This document shows positions 12,225 to 28,075 of a DNA stretch of 64,000 nt, piece by piece. The position numbers and the translations under genes were made by a program. This DNA is from the human T2T-CHM13v2.0 reference genome, Homo sapiens, in assembly GCF_009914755.1 (NCBI RefSeq), contig NC_060947.1; one strand, written 5' to 3'. How positions within the stretch are numbered: the stretch's first letter is position 1; the number at the start of each line of letters is the position of its first letter. A model generated the notes under the pieces. That model made no database searches. It had not been told where the DNA came from and saw nothing but the letters and a program-made list of their open reading frames with translations.

Positions 12225-12630
12225 AGTATTAAAGAGGGTGTGAACAAGCCAGCACACTCTGGCTGAAAGTATAAATTGGTATGATATTTTCAAAGGGCAA
12301 TTTGGTAGTATCTGTCAATTTGGTGGTATCTGGTAAAAGACGACTCATAAGACCCAGTGATGCAACATTTATAGTGCCAGACATTTTTCCTGTAGAAACA
12401 TCTCCACAAATGTGCAAAGATTTATGTATAAATATATTTATTGCATCATTGCTTATAATAGAAAAAAAATGAAAAGAACTCATATGTCTATCCTTAGAGG
12501 AACTGAGAAAAATACACAAAGGTGCATTTTAAAAAATTAGGTGGATCTACATGTACTGATACGCAAAGACAATTTGTGCTGTATAAGTCATTTAATAAAG
12601 CAAACTAAAAACAGTATGAATCATTTGTTT
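12225..12630 (+). mobile_element. L1ME-type 3' fragment
   Basis: gaaagtataaattggta...gggcaatttggtagtatct...gatctacatgtactgata; contains an 18-bp tandem duplication at 12298-12333. Confidence 0.6.
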
Positions 12631-12978
12631 AAAAAAATAGTTCTGTAATGTTAGAAAATTTTGGAATCAGTAAATGATATTAAGTTAGAAAAAAGGTAAA
12701 ACTTTTCTCCAAGAAAACAATATATTTTTATATATGTACTTTATATATGTACATATATACACATATAAAATACATATATACTTTATATATCTATTTTTAT
12801 ATATGTATAAATATTTTTATATATAATAAAACTGTTTGAATAAAAGCTGACTTCTGAGAAAGTCCTGATCTACTCTGTAACTCAGGAAATAGATTTGGCA
12901 GCTCTTAATGTGACCAGACAAGTGTAGCAGAGTGGAGCTTAGCAAAAGGCTCTGAGCAATTAAAGCTGCAGAATAATT

Positions 12979-13098
12979 GACCAGGTGCGGTGGCTCATGC
13001 CTGTAATCCCAGCACTTTGGGACGCCGAGGAAGGAGGATTGCTTGAGCCCAGGAGTTCAAGACCAGCCTGGGCAACATAGTAAGACCCTGTGAAGAAA
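12979..13098 (+). mobile_element. Alu left monomer (FLAM_C)
   Basis: Single arm with a perfect 17-bp TSD aaagctgcagaataatt (12962-12978 and 13099-13115). Confidence 0.9.
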
Positions 13099-13380
13099 AA
13101 AGCTGCAGAATAATTACCAGCCATCAGAGCTTCTGATGGAACCCACTCCTCTGTACTGTCGTCTTTGATCTGCTCTCAAGCCCTAATCCAAATGCTTAGC
13201 GCTTTTGGTACAAGAGTACAGTTCTGATGAGATGACTCTCTTTAAAACCATCCTTGGCTACCTACAGAATAAATCCAAATCATTTAGTGTGGCATTCAGG
13301 GCCCTATGCTATTTTCCAATTGTAAATCTCAACCCAATCAAAAGGCCTGTACAGCATAATGTTTAAGAGTTCAGGTTTTA

Positions 13381-13636
13381 GAGTGGGGATGGTTAATGGG
13401 TCCAAAAACATAGATATAATGAATAAGATCTAGCATTTGGTAGCACAGCAGAGTGACTACAGCCAACAATAATTTATTGTATATTTTTAAATAACTAAGA
13501 GTGGAACTGGAATGTTCCCAACACAAAGAAATGATAAATCCTTGAGGTGATGGATGCCCCAATTACTTTGATGTGATTAGTACACACTGTATGCCTGTAT
13601 CAAAATGTCACATGTACCCCATAAATATATACAACT
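13381..13636 (+). mobile_element. L1MA 3' end inserted into a MIR
   Basis: aacacaaagaaatgataaat...gaggtgatggatgcccc...catgtaccccataaatatatac; 18-bp TSD (13363-13380 and 14150-14167, 1 mismatch). Confidence 0.8.
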
Positions 13637-13649
13637 TTTTTCTCATTAG

Positions 13650-13996
<347 letters not shown>

Positions 13997-13999
13997 TTA

Positions 14000-14123
14000 T
14001 CTTTAAATTATTATTTTATTTTATTTTATTTTATTTTATTTTATTTTATTTTATTTTATTTTATGTTCCAGGATACATGTGCAGGATGCACCGGCTTGTT
14101 ACATAGGTAAACGCGTGCCATGG
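14000..14123 (-). mobile_element. Very short L1PA 3' end with a (TTTTA)n tail
   Basis: gatacatgtgcagga...ttgttacataggtaaacgcgtgccatgg; TTTTA array at about 14012-14064. Confidence 0.8.
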
Positions 14124-14229
14124 ATATACACCTATTTTTTTTTTTTTAATTAAGAGTTCAGGCTTTAAATGCTTAGCCAGATCTAGGATTGAGTGCTCTG
14201 CCTTATCACCATTTCAACGAATCTTAAAC

Positions 14230-14532
14230 TATTTGTCCTTTGAAGCCAAATTCACCAATCTTTTCTCCATACCCCCTTCTTCCCAGATCCCTGTGAGAAA
14301 GCATGAAACTGTCCTTTCCCTGAACTCCCACATGGTTGTGTCTATACTGCTCTCAAGGCACTTGCACTTTTTTACTAAGTAATTTTTTGTTTGTTTTTTG
14401 TGACTTCCGTACTAAAATGTCAGGCCCATGAGAGTGGGACTCCACCGCCATCCCCATAGCACCCAGCATATTGCTTGCACATGCCAGGCTGATAGTAAAT
14501 ATTTGTGGAATTAAATGAATAAATGAATGAAT
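14230..14532 (+). mobile_element. L2 3' end
   Basis: Ends gtaaatatttgtggaattaaatgaataaatgaatgaatg. Confidence 0.6.
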
Positions 14533-14679
14533 GCATTTCCTTTTTGCAACAGTCTCAACAATTTACATATGCTACCAGCAAGTGGCAGTAGTCTCCTTTG
14601 GCTGTTCTGCCATTCAGCAAGCTGCTGCTCATTAGAGCCTAAAATCATTCTACAAGTAATGCAATTCCCAGTTTTAGAT

Positions 14680-14855
14680 AGTTTGGCAGAGCTGAAAGTG
14701 CTGAAATCAGAATCTAGTAATTTGAGCTTTTAGCCCCAGATCTGCCACTGACAAGATATGTGACTTTCAAATCAGTCCTTTACTTTCTGGATATTTTTCT
14801 GCATCTGCAAAATGAAGGATGGGATGATTTCCAGAGTTTGACATTCTGTGATTTT
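14680..14855 (+). mobile_element. MIR/MIR3 SINE
   Basis: agatctgccactgacaagatatgtgact...catctgcaaaatgaagg...gacattctgtgatt. Confidence 0.55.
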
Positions 14856-15383
14856 CATACCCTGCAAACTCAAGATAATGAGAGCTATGGATTCTTGGCT
14901 TGTTGCCATCGTCATTTTTTATCTCTTGTAGAATGTACTTAAGATAAGGTCATGGACAGAGGTATTTCCTTAGAAATTCTCTCTAAATGATCTTTCCTTG
15001 TTTGGATGTAATGGAAGATCACCAGGGCCTAACCATCCCTCCCTGACTAGTGTTAACTCTCACGACGAAAACAGGTAGTGATTCTTAGAAGTGAAGAAAG
15101 ACGAGGATTAGGGGAGGAGGTTCAGTTCAAGAACCATGGGATCAGGCAATGTGGGAAGGCTGGGAATCTGCTGATTTGATTCCCAGAAGGATCTCTACTG
15201 TATCTGTTTCGAAACCTCTGTTTTGATTCTGCATGAATGTGTTTTTAAAATTATATTCTGGGGAAAAGGAGTAATTACTTTTTATAATTACTATGGTAAT
15301 TTAACTATTTAATGTTTTTAAACCACAGTTCTATTTTCATCAATAAAATACTGTCCCTAAAACACTATTGGAGAGTGGACGGC

Positions 15384-16146
15384 TCTCGTAATATAATGCT
15401 AAGTGAAATAAACCAGATTAAACTTCTATAGACAATATGATCCATTGTGTTTAATTGTAACATATACACATAGAAAAGGAGAGAAGGCTCCCTATCAAGG
15501 ATAGGAAGCAGGAAGCCAGACACTGGAGCAAAACGGCACACATTTTAGAACCCAGGGTAACTTCAGGTAAGCATCAGGAGAGAAAAAGTCTTGCTGTGTA
15601 GGTCGGGTTTTAAAGGCAAGAAGGGACAAAGGGCTGCCACGTTATTTAGAAAAAAAAAAAAGATGCACGTAATTGAGGTTCTGTATTTGATTAACAAATA
15701 TAATGGATATCACATTCAAAGTTTTGTTACTTAGATGTAACAAAGGTAAATATTATTTTGATAAAGAGTTGAACTTGGTGTAGAAGTCTGGTTCTAGCTA
15801 CAAGAAAATATCTTCACTCTTTTCTTATTACCTTGTGGCAGAGAGTGCAAATTACTGGAACAAAGAGTAAATTTGGAATAAGGATCTCCTCTGAGAGGGA
15901 AACTAATAGGGAAATAAAAATGTTTTCTAGTTACAAGAAACAACTGATTTAACTTTACCTTAACCAATGATATCAATGCATCTTAAGTATGCAGGAGAGA
16001 CAGACAGAAAGTTTTCTGTGCATGTGCAGCACTGTCTAGGAGAAAGAAACAATCTCGTAATGTAATGCTAAGTGAAATAAATGAGATTAAACTTCTATAG
16101 ACAATATCATCCATTGTGTTTAATTGTAATGTATACACATAGAAAA
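15384..16146 (+). repeat. 94-bp dispersed direct duplication (15384-15477 and 16053-16146)
   Basis: 88/94 identical, no gaps, 669-bp offset. Confidence 0.95.
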
Positions 16147-16464
16147 ATTAGTGGAAAAAAACATACAAAATATGTTCACAGTGTTTATGATGGAATTTTA
16201 CATAACAGGCAATTTTACTTTTCTTCCGTATAATTTTCTTTAACTTTTGAATTCTCTGTGGAACTAATAGAACGTTTACAATGTAAAAAGTAAAACTGAT
16301 ATCAAGGCTTATTATGTTAATAGTGAAAAAGGCAGGTATGGCTAAGTTTCTCTGGATCCTTGAAGCCCATCTTGCTGCCCATACTCCAACAGATTCCCAA
16401 GGGTAGGATATAATCACAAAGACGCCTCAGGAAAGAGCCTACTTATTGCTGAATCGCTAAAGTA

Positions 16465-16537
16465 TTAGGTTGGTGCAAAAGTGATCACGGTTTTTGCCAT
16501 TAAAAGTAATAGCAAAATCACTTTTGCACCAACCTAA
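16465..16537. mobile_element. MADE1 MITE (Hsmar1-derived)
   Basis: ttaggttggtgcaaaagt...acttttgcaccaacctaa hairpin flanked by TA on both sides; 73 bp (7-nt deletion in the right arm). Confidence 0.95.
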
Positions 16538-17469
16538 TAGTTACTTACCTTGGTAAACTGGCCTGCTGTGTGTGAGGTGAAAGGACCCTTTTTTCCCCTT
16601 GAGCTTAAATGAGCTTAGATGAGAAGTAAAGCCTAAGCAGGTACAAGACAGATGTTTTTTTTTTTTTCTCCTTGGCCCACCCTGGTTTCCTTTTTGGGTA
16701 AGGTCAAGGCAGCCTGCTTATAAAGAGGAGACCACCCTGGCCTGTCTTGTCATACCAACCACATGAGTTGCAGGGGCAGGGGAGATCACAGAATGGAGAG
16801 AACTTGCACTGCACTGAAGAGGTTAGCCCTAGTCCTGTTCTAACTAAAATCACCTGACTCTTCCCGGAGAAAGCTCTAACACCTAGTAGGGGAGGACATG
16901 GGAGAAGCCTGGCCTTCTCCTAAAGCAGGGATTCCCAAACTTTGACGATGACCCCAGTACACACATACCACACACTCCCACACACACACCTGAAGTAAAA
17001 CTTTCACAAAAAATACGTAATCCTCAGGGCTGGCTTCCTAGGCTTGTGGCCTGTTATAGTAGCACAGGGCCACACGCTCAGAAGAGCCGCATAGTTGGTT
17101 TAGTGTTCTACTACCACTGTCTAGGAATCTTTAATAATTTTATTTTTGAACTTGTGTTTTGTAAATGAAGTCAAATGCAACAGTGGAGCACGCACATGAG
17201 CAGAGTAGATGCGGAAAATGTGTGTTTCTTGTTCCCTCATTTACATACAGTGTTTGTGATGCCCCCAGAGAACACAACTGCAGTGAACTGGCAGTGCTTG
17301 GGAGTTCAGCAAGTCTCAAAGGGAGAAGAAGATGTGTTCCCTCTACAACTAAGGCGGGGTGGAGTAGGGTAGTGACAGACCAAAGAGGTCATGCTTACCT
17401 TTTGAACAAGATCTTGTTTCATAGACAGAAAGAATTCAATGCAATGGGATTCTAAGAAATATGAAAACC

Positions 17470-17878
<409 letters not shown>

Positions 17879-18205
17879 TCAACCCTTTCTCTTTCATCAT
17901 GCCTTACTCACCAGTAAACCAAAGGCAGAGACTATTTTTAGTATGTGTAGTATGTGCATGTATCGGAAGTGAAACAAAAACACTTCAATTCATTTTGTGC
18001 AGTGTTTCCACTGTTCTGGTAAAAGCTACAAAATATAAACTGTGTAGTTTTGGTGATTCTGCATGTAAGTTAAGTGCTTTTATATTTGTGTCTTTGAACT
18101 GGCCTTGCCTAATAAAGATTAACAGTAAATTTTATGTTAATAATTTAATTTTTTTTTTTTTTTACTTAGGGTTGGAATAAATAGCAAATAAAAATACACT
18201 GTGGC

Positions 18206-18568
<363 letters not shown>

Positions 18569-18723
18569 CTAGCAACAGTATTTTCTGCCTTTTAATCAAG
18601 GAGCCCCATATTTCTATTTTGTGGTGAGCCCCAAAAATTATTTAGCTGGTCCTGCCTATAAGGTATGAGATCCATAATACTTTCTACTCTGGTCTTCTCT
18701 GTTTTTAAGTGTTACTCATGGAT

Positions 18724-18865
18724 ACAAACACATAGAAATGATAAATACTTAAGGTGATGGATACCCCAAATACCCTGGCTTGATCATTACACGTTCTATG
18801 CCTGTGGCAAACAGTCACATGTACCCTATAAATATGTAACACATTATGTATCAGTAAAAGAAAAA
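18724..18865 (+). mobile_element. L1MA 3' end
   Basis: gaaatgataaatacttaaggtgatggataccccaaataccctg...catgtaccctataaatatgta. Confidence 0.75.
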
Positions 18866-19159
<294 letters not shown>

Positions 19160-19864
19160 GGAAATGGAAAAAACTATAACACATGTAAATACACGAAGAA
19201 CACAAGAAATAATAATTAATAATGTCATAAAAATAATGCTATCTTTAGTAATCCATATTACTTTAGAATGGTCTAGTCCATGAGTGTGTGAAATAAAAGG
19301 AGTCATGTAAATTGGGTTAAAAAATGTTGCTCATGATCCACTAAATTGATTTCATGACCCTTAATGGGTTGTGACAGGCAGTTGGCAGAACCCTGCCCTA
19401 GAGGTTAGAGTGCATGGTTAACATTTCCCCAAACATTTTCTCTTCAACTAAACCAAAGTGCTTAGCAGCCAGATCTGGGGTCAGTCAAAGGTGATTTCAC
19501 TTCCCCTTGAGGGAGACAATTAGAGGTATAAGGAAAGTCCTACCAGCACCTTCGAAAGGCTGCTTGACTAATTATTGTCATGGCTGCTAGAACCAATGAG
19601 ATGGCTAATTTGGTCCCTCAAGGCCTTATACAAATGTCTCTTTGATCTTACCTCAGAAGTCTCTGTAACCCATCAAAGTAATACTTCAATTAAGTTTATC
19701 CCAAGGCTATCCCACGTACTGGGTCAGGAAGTCACCCCCTATTCAATTTCTCATCTAAAATTATGCTCAACTCAGTTATCCAAATAGGGTCACCAGACAG
19801 GATTATACAAGGCACGCTAAATATTAACATCCCACAGAGGAAGCTGCATTTCTAACAAAATTAA

Positions 19865-20072
19865 TACTGTGATGGTTCAGAGCATGAGCTTAGAAGTCAA
19901 TTAGATCAGATACTAATCCTAGCTCTGTCCCTCTCTTGGGCATGTAACTTAACTTTTCTGGGTATTGTTTTACTCATCTGTAAAATGGGAATATTCATAT
20001 CTATAGTGTTGCTGTAAGGATTGATGTTTGCAAAGTGCCTAATAGCACTTAGTAACTTATAGCTGTTATTAT
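19865..20072 (+). mobile_element. MIR SINE
   Basis: aatcctagctctg...ctcatctgtaaaatggga...gtaaggatt. Confidence 0.6.
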
Positions 20073-20192
20073 TGCTGCTGTCTTTTCCAACAGAGATATT
20101 TAAGTAAAATTATCTAAAAAACATCTTCCTTATACGATTCTGTTTCTGTACTGTTCTGTCCAGCCAGAAGGGTCTTCCTTCAGTACCTGGTT

Positions 20193-20421
20193 CAGTGATT
20201 CTCAACTGGAGGCACTTTGCACACTGGGTGATATTTGACAATGTCTAAAGATGTTTTGGTTGTCATGACACGGGGTGAAGGGTGCCACTAGCATCAAGTG
20301 GATAGAGGCCAGGGATGCCATTAAACATCCTACAGTGCACAGCACCCCTTACCCCAGATACACACACAACAAAGAATTATACAGTCCAAAATGTCAAAAG
20401 AGCCAAGGTTGAGAAACCCTG
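20193..20421. mobile_element. MER20 (hAT-Charlie)
   Basis: cagtgattctcaactgg...gtggatagaggccagggatgcc...gccaaggttgagaaaccctg; 8-bp TSD acctggtt/ccttggtt. Confidence 0.9.
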
Positions 20422-20989
20422 CCTTGGTTGAAGCCTGGACCAGCATCTATTAGAAAGTGCATAGCTCCTTCAACACCTCCAAAATTGTTTTTTTCTGATT
20501 TTGAACAATTAAATTTTAGATTTTGTGATAATTTAGTCAGACCTGGCCTAAATTTGTCATCATGAAATTTCTAGGCAAATAATTAATAAACAAGATATAT
20601 GTGTGTGTGTATCTGTGTCTATGTGTGTATATTAGTATAGTGGTGAGGGGTGATGGTGAGAAGTACTTCCTTGAAAGAATTAAGCAATTTTAAGTACTCC
20701 AGGAATAAATTACAAATGAATTTTGTCCACCCGTACAATGGAAATCCTATAGGAATCTCTATTAATCTACCTTTTAACCTACTTTAAATTACTGAGTGAT
20801 TACATGAAATGAAACTGGTGCAAAATTCAACACCTCCAAAATTATATTACTCCAACCCCGTGACTCCTATCTTTCAAAGTTCCCAGAGCTATCACACTAT
20901 ATGGAACGACCAGGGAAAATTTTGATCCATTCATACTACAGAATATGATGCAATCATAAAAGGAATGAGAACGTTAGCATAATAGCTAA

Positions 20990-21132
20990 TATTAATTCAG
21001 CATTCACGTGCTTTACATTCAGGATCTCATTTGGTTCCTATGGCATTATGAGGTAGATTCTATTATGATCACCACCACCTCCCACACAGTTTTACAGATA
21101 AGGAAACTGGAGGTGGAAGAGGTAAGGTGACA
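20990..21132 (-). mobile_element. MIR SINE
   Basis: ttttacagataaggaaactggagg. Confidence 0.6.
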
Positions 21133-23134
21133 AGTAATTGAGGTTAGTTTCTTGAAACTTGAGAGTTTATTTTTGTTAACCAAAGATAAATAATTGCAGT
21201 ATGGTGTAAGTCAATTGGGAGAAACAGATTCAACTGGCTTAATATAATTTTAAAGGCCTATATTTCTTCACTTGTGATTTACTTGCTTTAAGATCTTATT
21301 TTGAATAGACAGAAACTCTTCTTATTGAATTTCTCATTATTTTGATTTTTTATATATTCACTGGGGAACCATCAGTGCAGGCACCATGGAATGTAATTGA
21401 GATATTAAATCCAAGCTAAACATTTGAATACTTATCCTCAAATTATAATGCAGTGCTTCTCAAAGTGTGGTCTATGGACCCATACAATCCCTTGAGACAG
21501 TCTCAGGGGGTCCACAAAGTCAAAACTAATATAATATCAAAATATTATTCACTTTTTTCACTATGTTGAAGTTTGCACAGATAGTGCAAAAGCAATGGTG
21601 AGTAAAACTGCCAGCCCCTTAGAATGAATCAAGGCAGTGGAACTAAACCACTAACTTGTAGTGGTTTTTGTAGTCTTCAATAACACATTTTATTGTAGTC
21701 TTCGATACCACATACTCAGAGGGAAAAAAAGCAGTTTCATTTAAGAATGCCTTTGGAGAAAGAGCAAAAATTATTATTTTTATTAAATCCTTTTATATTG
21801 CATAGTAACGAAATGAGAAGTATGCATAACGTAGTTCCACTTTGCAATAAAGTATAGTGGTTGTTTCAGTGGAAAGCACTTGTCTAGTTGTTTGAGTTGA
21901 AAGATAAACGTAAAACATTCATTGATATGACTTCACATTCCACATTGCAACTAAACTTTAAGAACTACCAAGCCAAATGACTTCACTGGTGAATTCTACT
22001 ACTCACTTAAATGTAAATAATAGTAAAACTATATAAACTCTTCCAAAAAGTTGGAGACAATAGAATACCTCTCAACTCATTCTTTGAGGCCTACATTTAT
22101 CTGACACCAAAACTATGAAAAGAAATTACAAGAAAAGAAAAGGTCTGTGGTTACAAACTAATATCCCTTATAAACTTCGATGCAAAAATTCTTAACAAAA
22201 TCTCAGAAAATCAAATCCAACAAGATATATTTAAAAAGTGAATACATTGATATCAAGTGTCATTTATGCCAGGGAGGCAAAGTTGGTTTAACATTCGGAA
22301 ATTAATTCAGTTCACCATATTAATGGATTAAAAAACTAAAAACATATCATTTTCTCAATAGACTTAAGGAAATACTACATCTATTCCCAATTAAAAACAA
22401 ACCTCTCAGCAAACTAGGAATAAAAAGGAACTTTCCGGACATAAAGGGCACTTACAAAAAAACCTACATATACCATCATATTTAATTAGGAAAAATTAGA
22501 GTTTTTCCTCTTAAGATCAAGAACAAAGCAAGGACGTGTGCTCTCACCACTTCTATCCAACAATGTACTGGACATTCAAACCAGTGCACTAAGGCAGGAA
22601 AAGAAAAAGCATCCAGATCAGAAAGGAAGAAATTAAACTATCTTTATTTTCAGAAGAAATGATGGAGAAAATCCAGTGTAATCTACAAAGAAGTTACTAA
22701 AACTAAGAAGTGAGTTTAGCTTAGTTGCAGGATATAAGATCATTATACAATGTTTTTCTATACTAGGAATGAACAATCAGGAATTAAAATTTAAAATATT
22801 ATTTATAGTAGCATCAAAAGTATGAAACACTTAGGGATAAATTTGACAAAAAAACGCAAGAGCTGTACACCAAAAACTACAAAACATTGCTGAGATAAAT
22901 TTTAAAAGACTTAATTAAAGAGGGGAAGAGTGTTTATCACTTGGAAGAATAAATACTGTTAAGATGTCAATCTTCCCCAAATTGATCTGCATATTCAGGG
23001 CAACTCTAGACAAAATCTTAACATGCATTTTTATAGAAATTAACAAGCTTGTTCTAAAATTTATATGGAAATGCAAAGGACTCAAAGTAACCAAAACAAT
23101 TTTGAAAAGAAAAACAAAGCTGGAAGACTTACAC

Positions 23135-23655
23135 TACAGACCGGCCTGCCCCTACATCATCCTGGAGCCTGAGGACAGGCATGCCCCACCTCTGCCACCA
23201 CCAGTGCTTTTGCATGTCATCTGGGGGCCTGGGGATCACCTGGCCCCATTCACCACAGCTGGCACTTGCATACACGATTGAGATTCCTGTGGGCAGACCT
23301 GCACCACCTGCCACTCTATGCAGTTCCCTATACTAGGCTCAAGGCCCATGAATGCCAAGGGGCTCTCCCATGGCTAGGATTGCAGGAATTTATGGTGGTA
23401 ATGTGTACCCCTGAGGATATCTTGCTTACCTTTTTCCCATGATAGGGAATTTCTCCTGGTTCTGAGCCTATTTTGGTTGAGCCAGCTGCTTTGCCTCCCT
23501 CTCTTTCTCAGAGGGTCCCTGTCCCTTCCCTGCGGAATTCCAGTGTTCTCTCTTAGAAGCTCTATTTAACACGTGGTTATCTACTCCTGTTTTGGTTTTT
23601 CTTTGTGGAGGAGGCGATTACCAGGTGCCTCTAGTCAGCCATCTTGAAGCCCCCA
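23135..23655 (-). mobile_element. L1 5'UTR fragments (mostly inverted) embedded in the L1 ORF2 remnant
   Basis: Ends ...gcctctagtcagccatcttg, the reverse of the L1 5' caagatggc motif; 23135-23320 resembles GC-rich L1M 5'UTR repeats. Confidence 0.6.
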
Positions 23656-24534
23656 ATCCAATTTCTTAAATGGCAAAATATTTTAACAGACACTTTACCA
23701 AAGAATATATATGGATAACAAATAAATACATAAAAATTTCTCAATATCATTATTCATTAACTAAAATCATCATTAATTTTAAATTAAAATAATGAATACT
23801 ACAACACATTCATTAGAATGGCTAAAATTATAAAAATGTATCATTCTAAATGTTGGTGAGGATTTAGGGCAACTGGAACTCATACACTGTTGGTGGGACT
23901 TTAAAATGGCATAACTACTTTGGAAAACAGTTTTACAGTTTCTTAAAAACTTAAACATATACCTACCATATGACCTAATCATTCACTCCTAAGTATTTAC
24001 TTAAGAAAAATGAAAACATATGTTCATATAAAGACTTGTACATGAAGTCTTTATTTATGTGCAACTTTCTTTGTAATATTTCCAAACTGGAAACCACCCA
24101 AATGTCCATGAACAGGTGATTGGATAATTAAATTGTTGTATGTTCTTAAAATTGAATACTGCTTGGCAGTAGAAGGGAATTAACTATTAATACATGCAAC
24201 AGCATATTATGAATCTCAAAATAATTATGCTGAGTGAAAGAAGACAAACAAGAAAGAGTTTAACTATTGATTCATTTTGTACAAAATTCAAGAAAGTGCA
24301 AATGAATCTATAGTTACAGAAATGAATCTATAGTTACAGAAAGTATATCAGTGGTTTCCTGGAACAGTTGGGGAGCTGAGAGGGTCAGAAGGGAGTCATA
24401 AGGGTTATAAAGGGTCATAAGGATAAAGGGTCATAAAGTTATAAAGGGTCATAAAGAAACTTTGGCGGATGCTGGATATGCTCATTGTCTTGATTGTGGC
24501 AATGGGAGCCCCAAGAGGGTGGATCGGGAGGTCA

Positions 24535-25365
<831 letters not shown>

Positions 25366-26006
25366 TATATATATATATATATTTGCATTTATGTATTGCA
25401 TATATATGTATATATATCAAAACATCAAATTATACTCTTTAAATATATGTATTAGTAGTTTATTATATGTCCACCATACTTCAATAAAATTGTAACAAGG
25501 AAAAGAAACTACCATTTGTTGAGTTTTGGTGCATATCAACAAAGAATATCCACAATTATCTTCAAAATATAAAGCACTCCTCTTTGTTCCAACTCTGCAT
25601 CTATGTGAGTTCTGATTCTCTTTCACATACTGCAACCAAAACAACATTTGGCAACTGATTGAACACAGAGACAGATATGAGAATCCAGCTGTTTTTTATT
25701 GTTCTAGATATTGAAGAAATTTGCAAAAAATGCAAAACAATGCCACTTTTCTCATTAACTTTTTTTGTTTTGCATAATGTAAAGTTTTAACGTTTATTTT
25801 ACCAGTTTTGAGAAATACCTAAATTCAATATGAAATTAAAATTACAAATGGGACACAGCCCTCATCACTTACCTGGATTACTATCATATCTAAGAATTAT
25901 CATTCCGAAAGAAAACATATTATGCATTTTCTAGTAATAATTTAGCTGACTTTTATCATCTGTTTTCTAGAGATGGACACACCTAGAGCAAGACTATGAG
26001 GACTTC

Positions 26007-26720
<714 letters not shown>

Positions 26721-26869
26721 GTAAGTTAACAAACCAATGTATAGATAGATCATGCTTTGAATTAATCCATGTGTCACTGGTTTAACCTAAGATACTTGTT
26801 TCTTTCAAATTGAAATGAAGTGAGACTGTCACCAGCTGTGGTGAAAAAGACTCATTTCTCCAGCAAAAA

Positions 26870-27530
26870 TCCATCCACTACTAAATCTGTCCACTACTCC
26901 CCATCTCCACTACTCCACTCAAGTACACTAGGAGCCTCCCGTGTGGACTCCTTGCTTACAATCCTGCCCTGCTACAGTCTTCTCTCTAAACAGCAGCAAT
27001 ACCACTCAGAGCATATCATTACCATACTTACACCTTCCAAAGGCTTCCCTTCACATTTAGGAAGAGATCCAAGCTCCTTCCTCTGTCCTACAAAGTCCTA
27101 CATGAACGGGTCCTGCCCTCCTCACCAGCTACTCTGCCACTTATTACTGTGTTCTAGCTACTCTGCCCATCTTTCAGTTCAAAAGCACCAAGCTCTTTCC
27201 TGACTCTAGACACTCACCCAGCCTGTTTCTTCTGCCCAGAAAGCTCTTCCCTGACCCTCTTCAACTAACTGTCCCACATTCTGCAAATCTGCTGAAATGT
27301 TATTTATTCAGAGAGTCCATCCCCGATTCTCCAGTCTGTTCGGTTTTCCTGTTATTCATTCTTATAGTACACTGTATTCTTCTCTTTTGCAGAACATATC
27401 CTCATTTATAGTTATATATTTATTAGTGTGTTCATTTGTTTATTGTATGTGTTCCCTACTAGAATGCTGTTTCTCCAGAGTCTAGCGCTTATTCACCAAT
27501 AAATATTTGGCGAATGAATGAATGAATGCA
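26870..27530 (+). mobile_element. L2 3' end
   Basis: Ends aataaatatttggcgaatgaatgaatgaatg. Confidence 0.6.
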
Positions 27531-28075
27531 CTCATCCTACAACTAGCTTGAAAGGGTTTTATTTGGGACGATTATGAAGGCTGGCCTAACGAGTAAGAAA
27601 AGGGAACATTAGTGGAGAATGTTTTTTCTACTGGACAGAGCAGAAAGAAGAGCAATAGTGCAACAGTGAAGGGCATCTGTTGTTTTAATGAGTGCCCCAG
27701 GCAATTTTGAGGCAGATGGTCCCCAAATGTAACTCATTCTTTTTGATTCATGCCACACATACTTGATTAGCACCGTGTGTTGGGGAGACAGCAGGGAACA
27801 AGGTAGTTCCTGCCTCCATGGAGTTCACATTTTAGTGGAAGGCAAGAGAAAATAAACAAAATAAGAAAAGTGCCACACAATATAATGTCCGGACTGTAGT
27901 GATAATCCAAGGCTCAATCTGTAGCAGTAGCTCTACCTACTCCATCTCCACCTCCACACTTAAAGGCCTAGCAAGTACCAAGATGTGTCATCCCAGCCTG
28001 ATCACTTTGCTTCTCTCTGCCTTCTTGCTATTTTAGAGTGAATTCTGATCATGTTACTACCCTTTCTATTTTCAC

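Noticed and set aside
25866-25876. Perfect minus-strand donor CAG|GTAAGT, also resembling the 5' end of U1 snRNA on the plus strand
   Set aside because: No further U1 similarity; isolated consensus donors are expected by chance in 64 kb and no convincing exon accompanies it.
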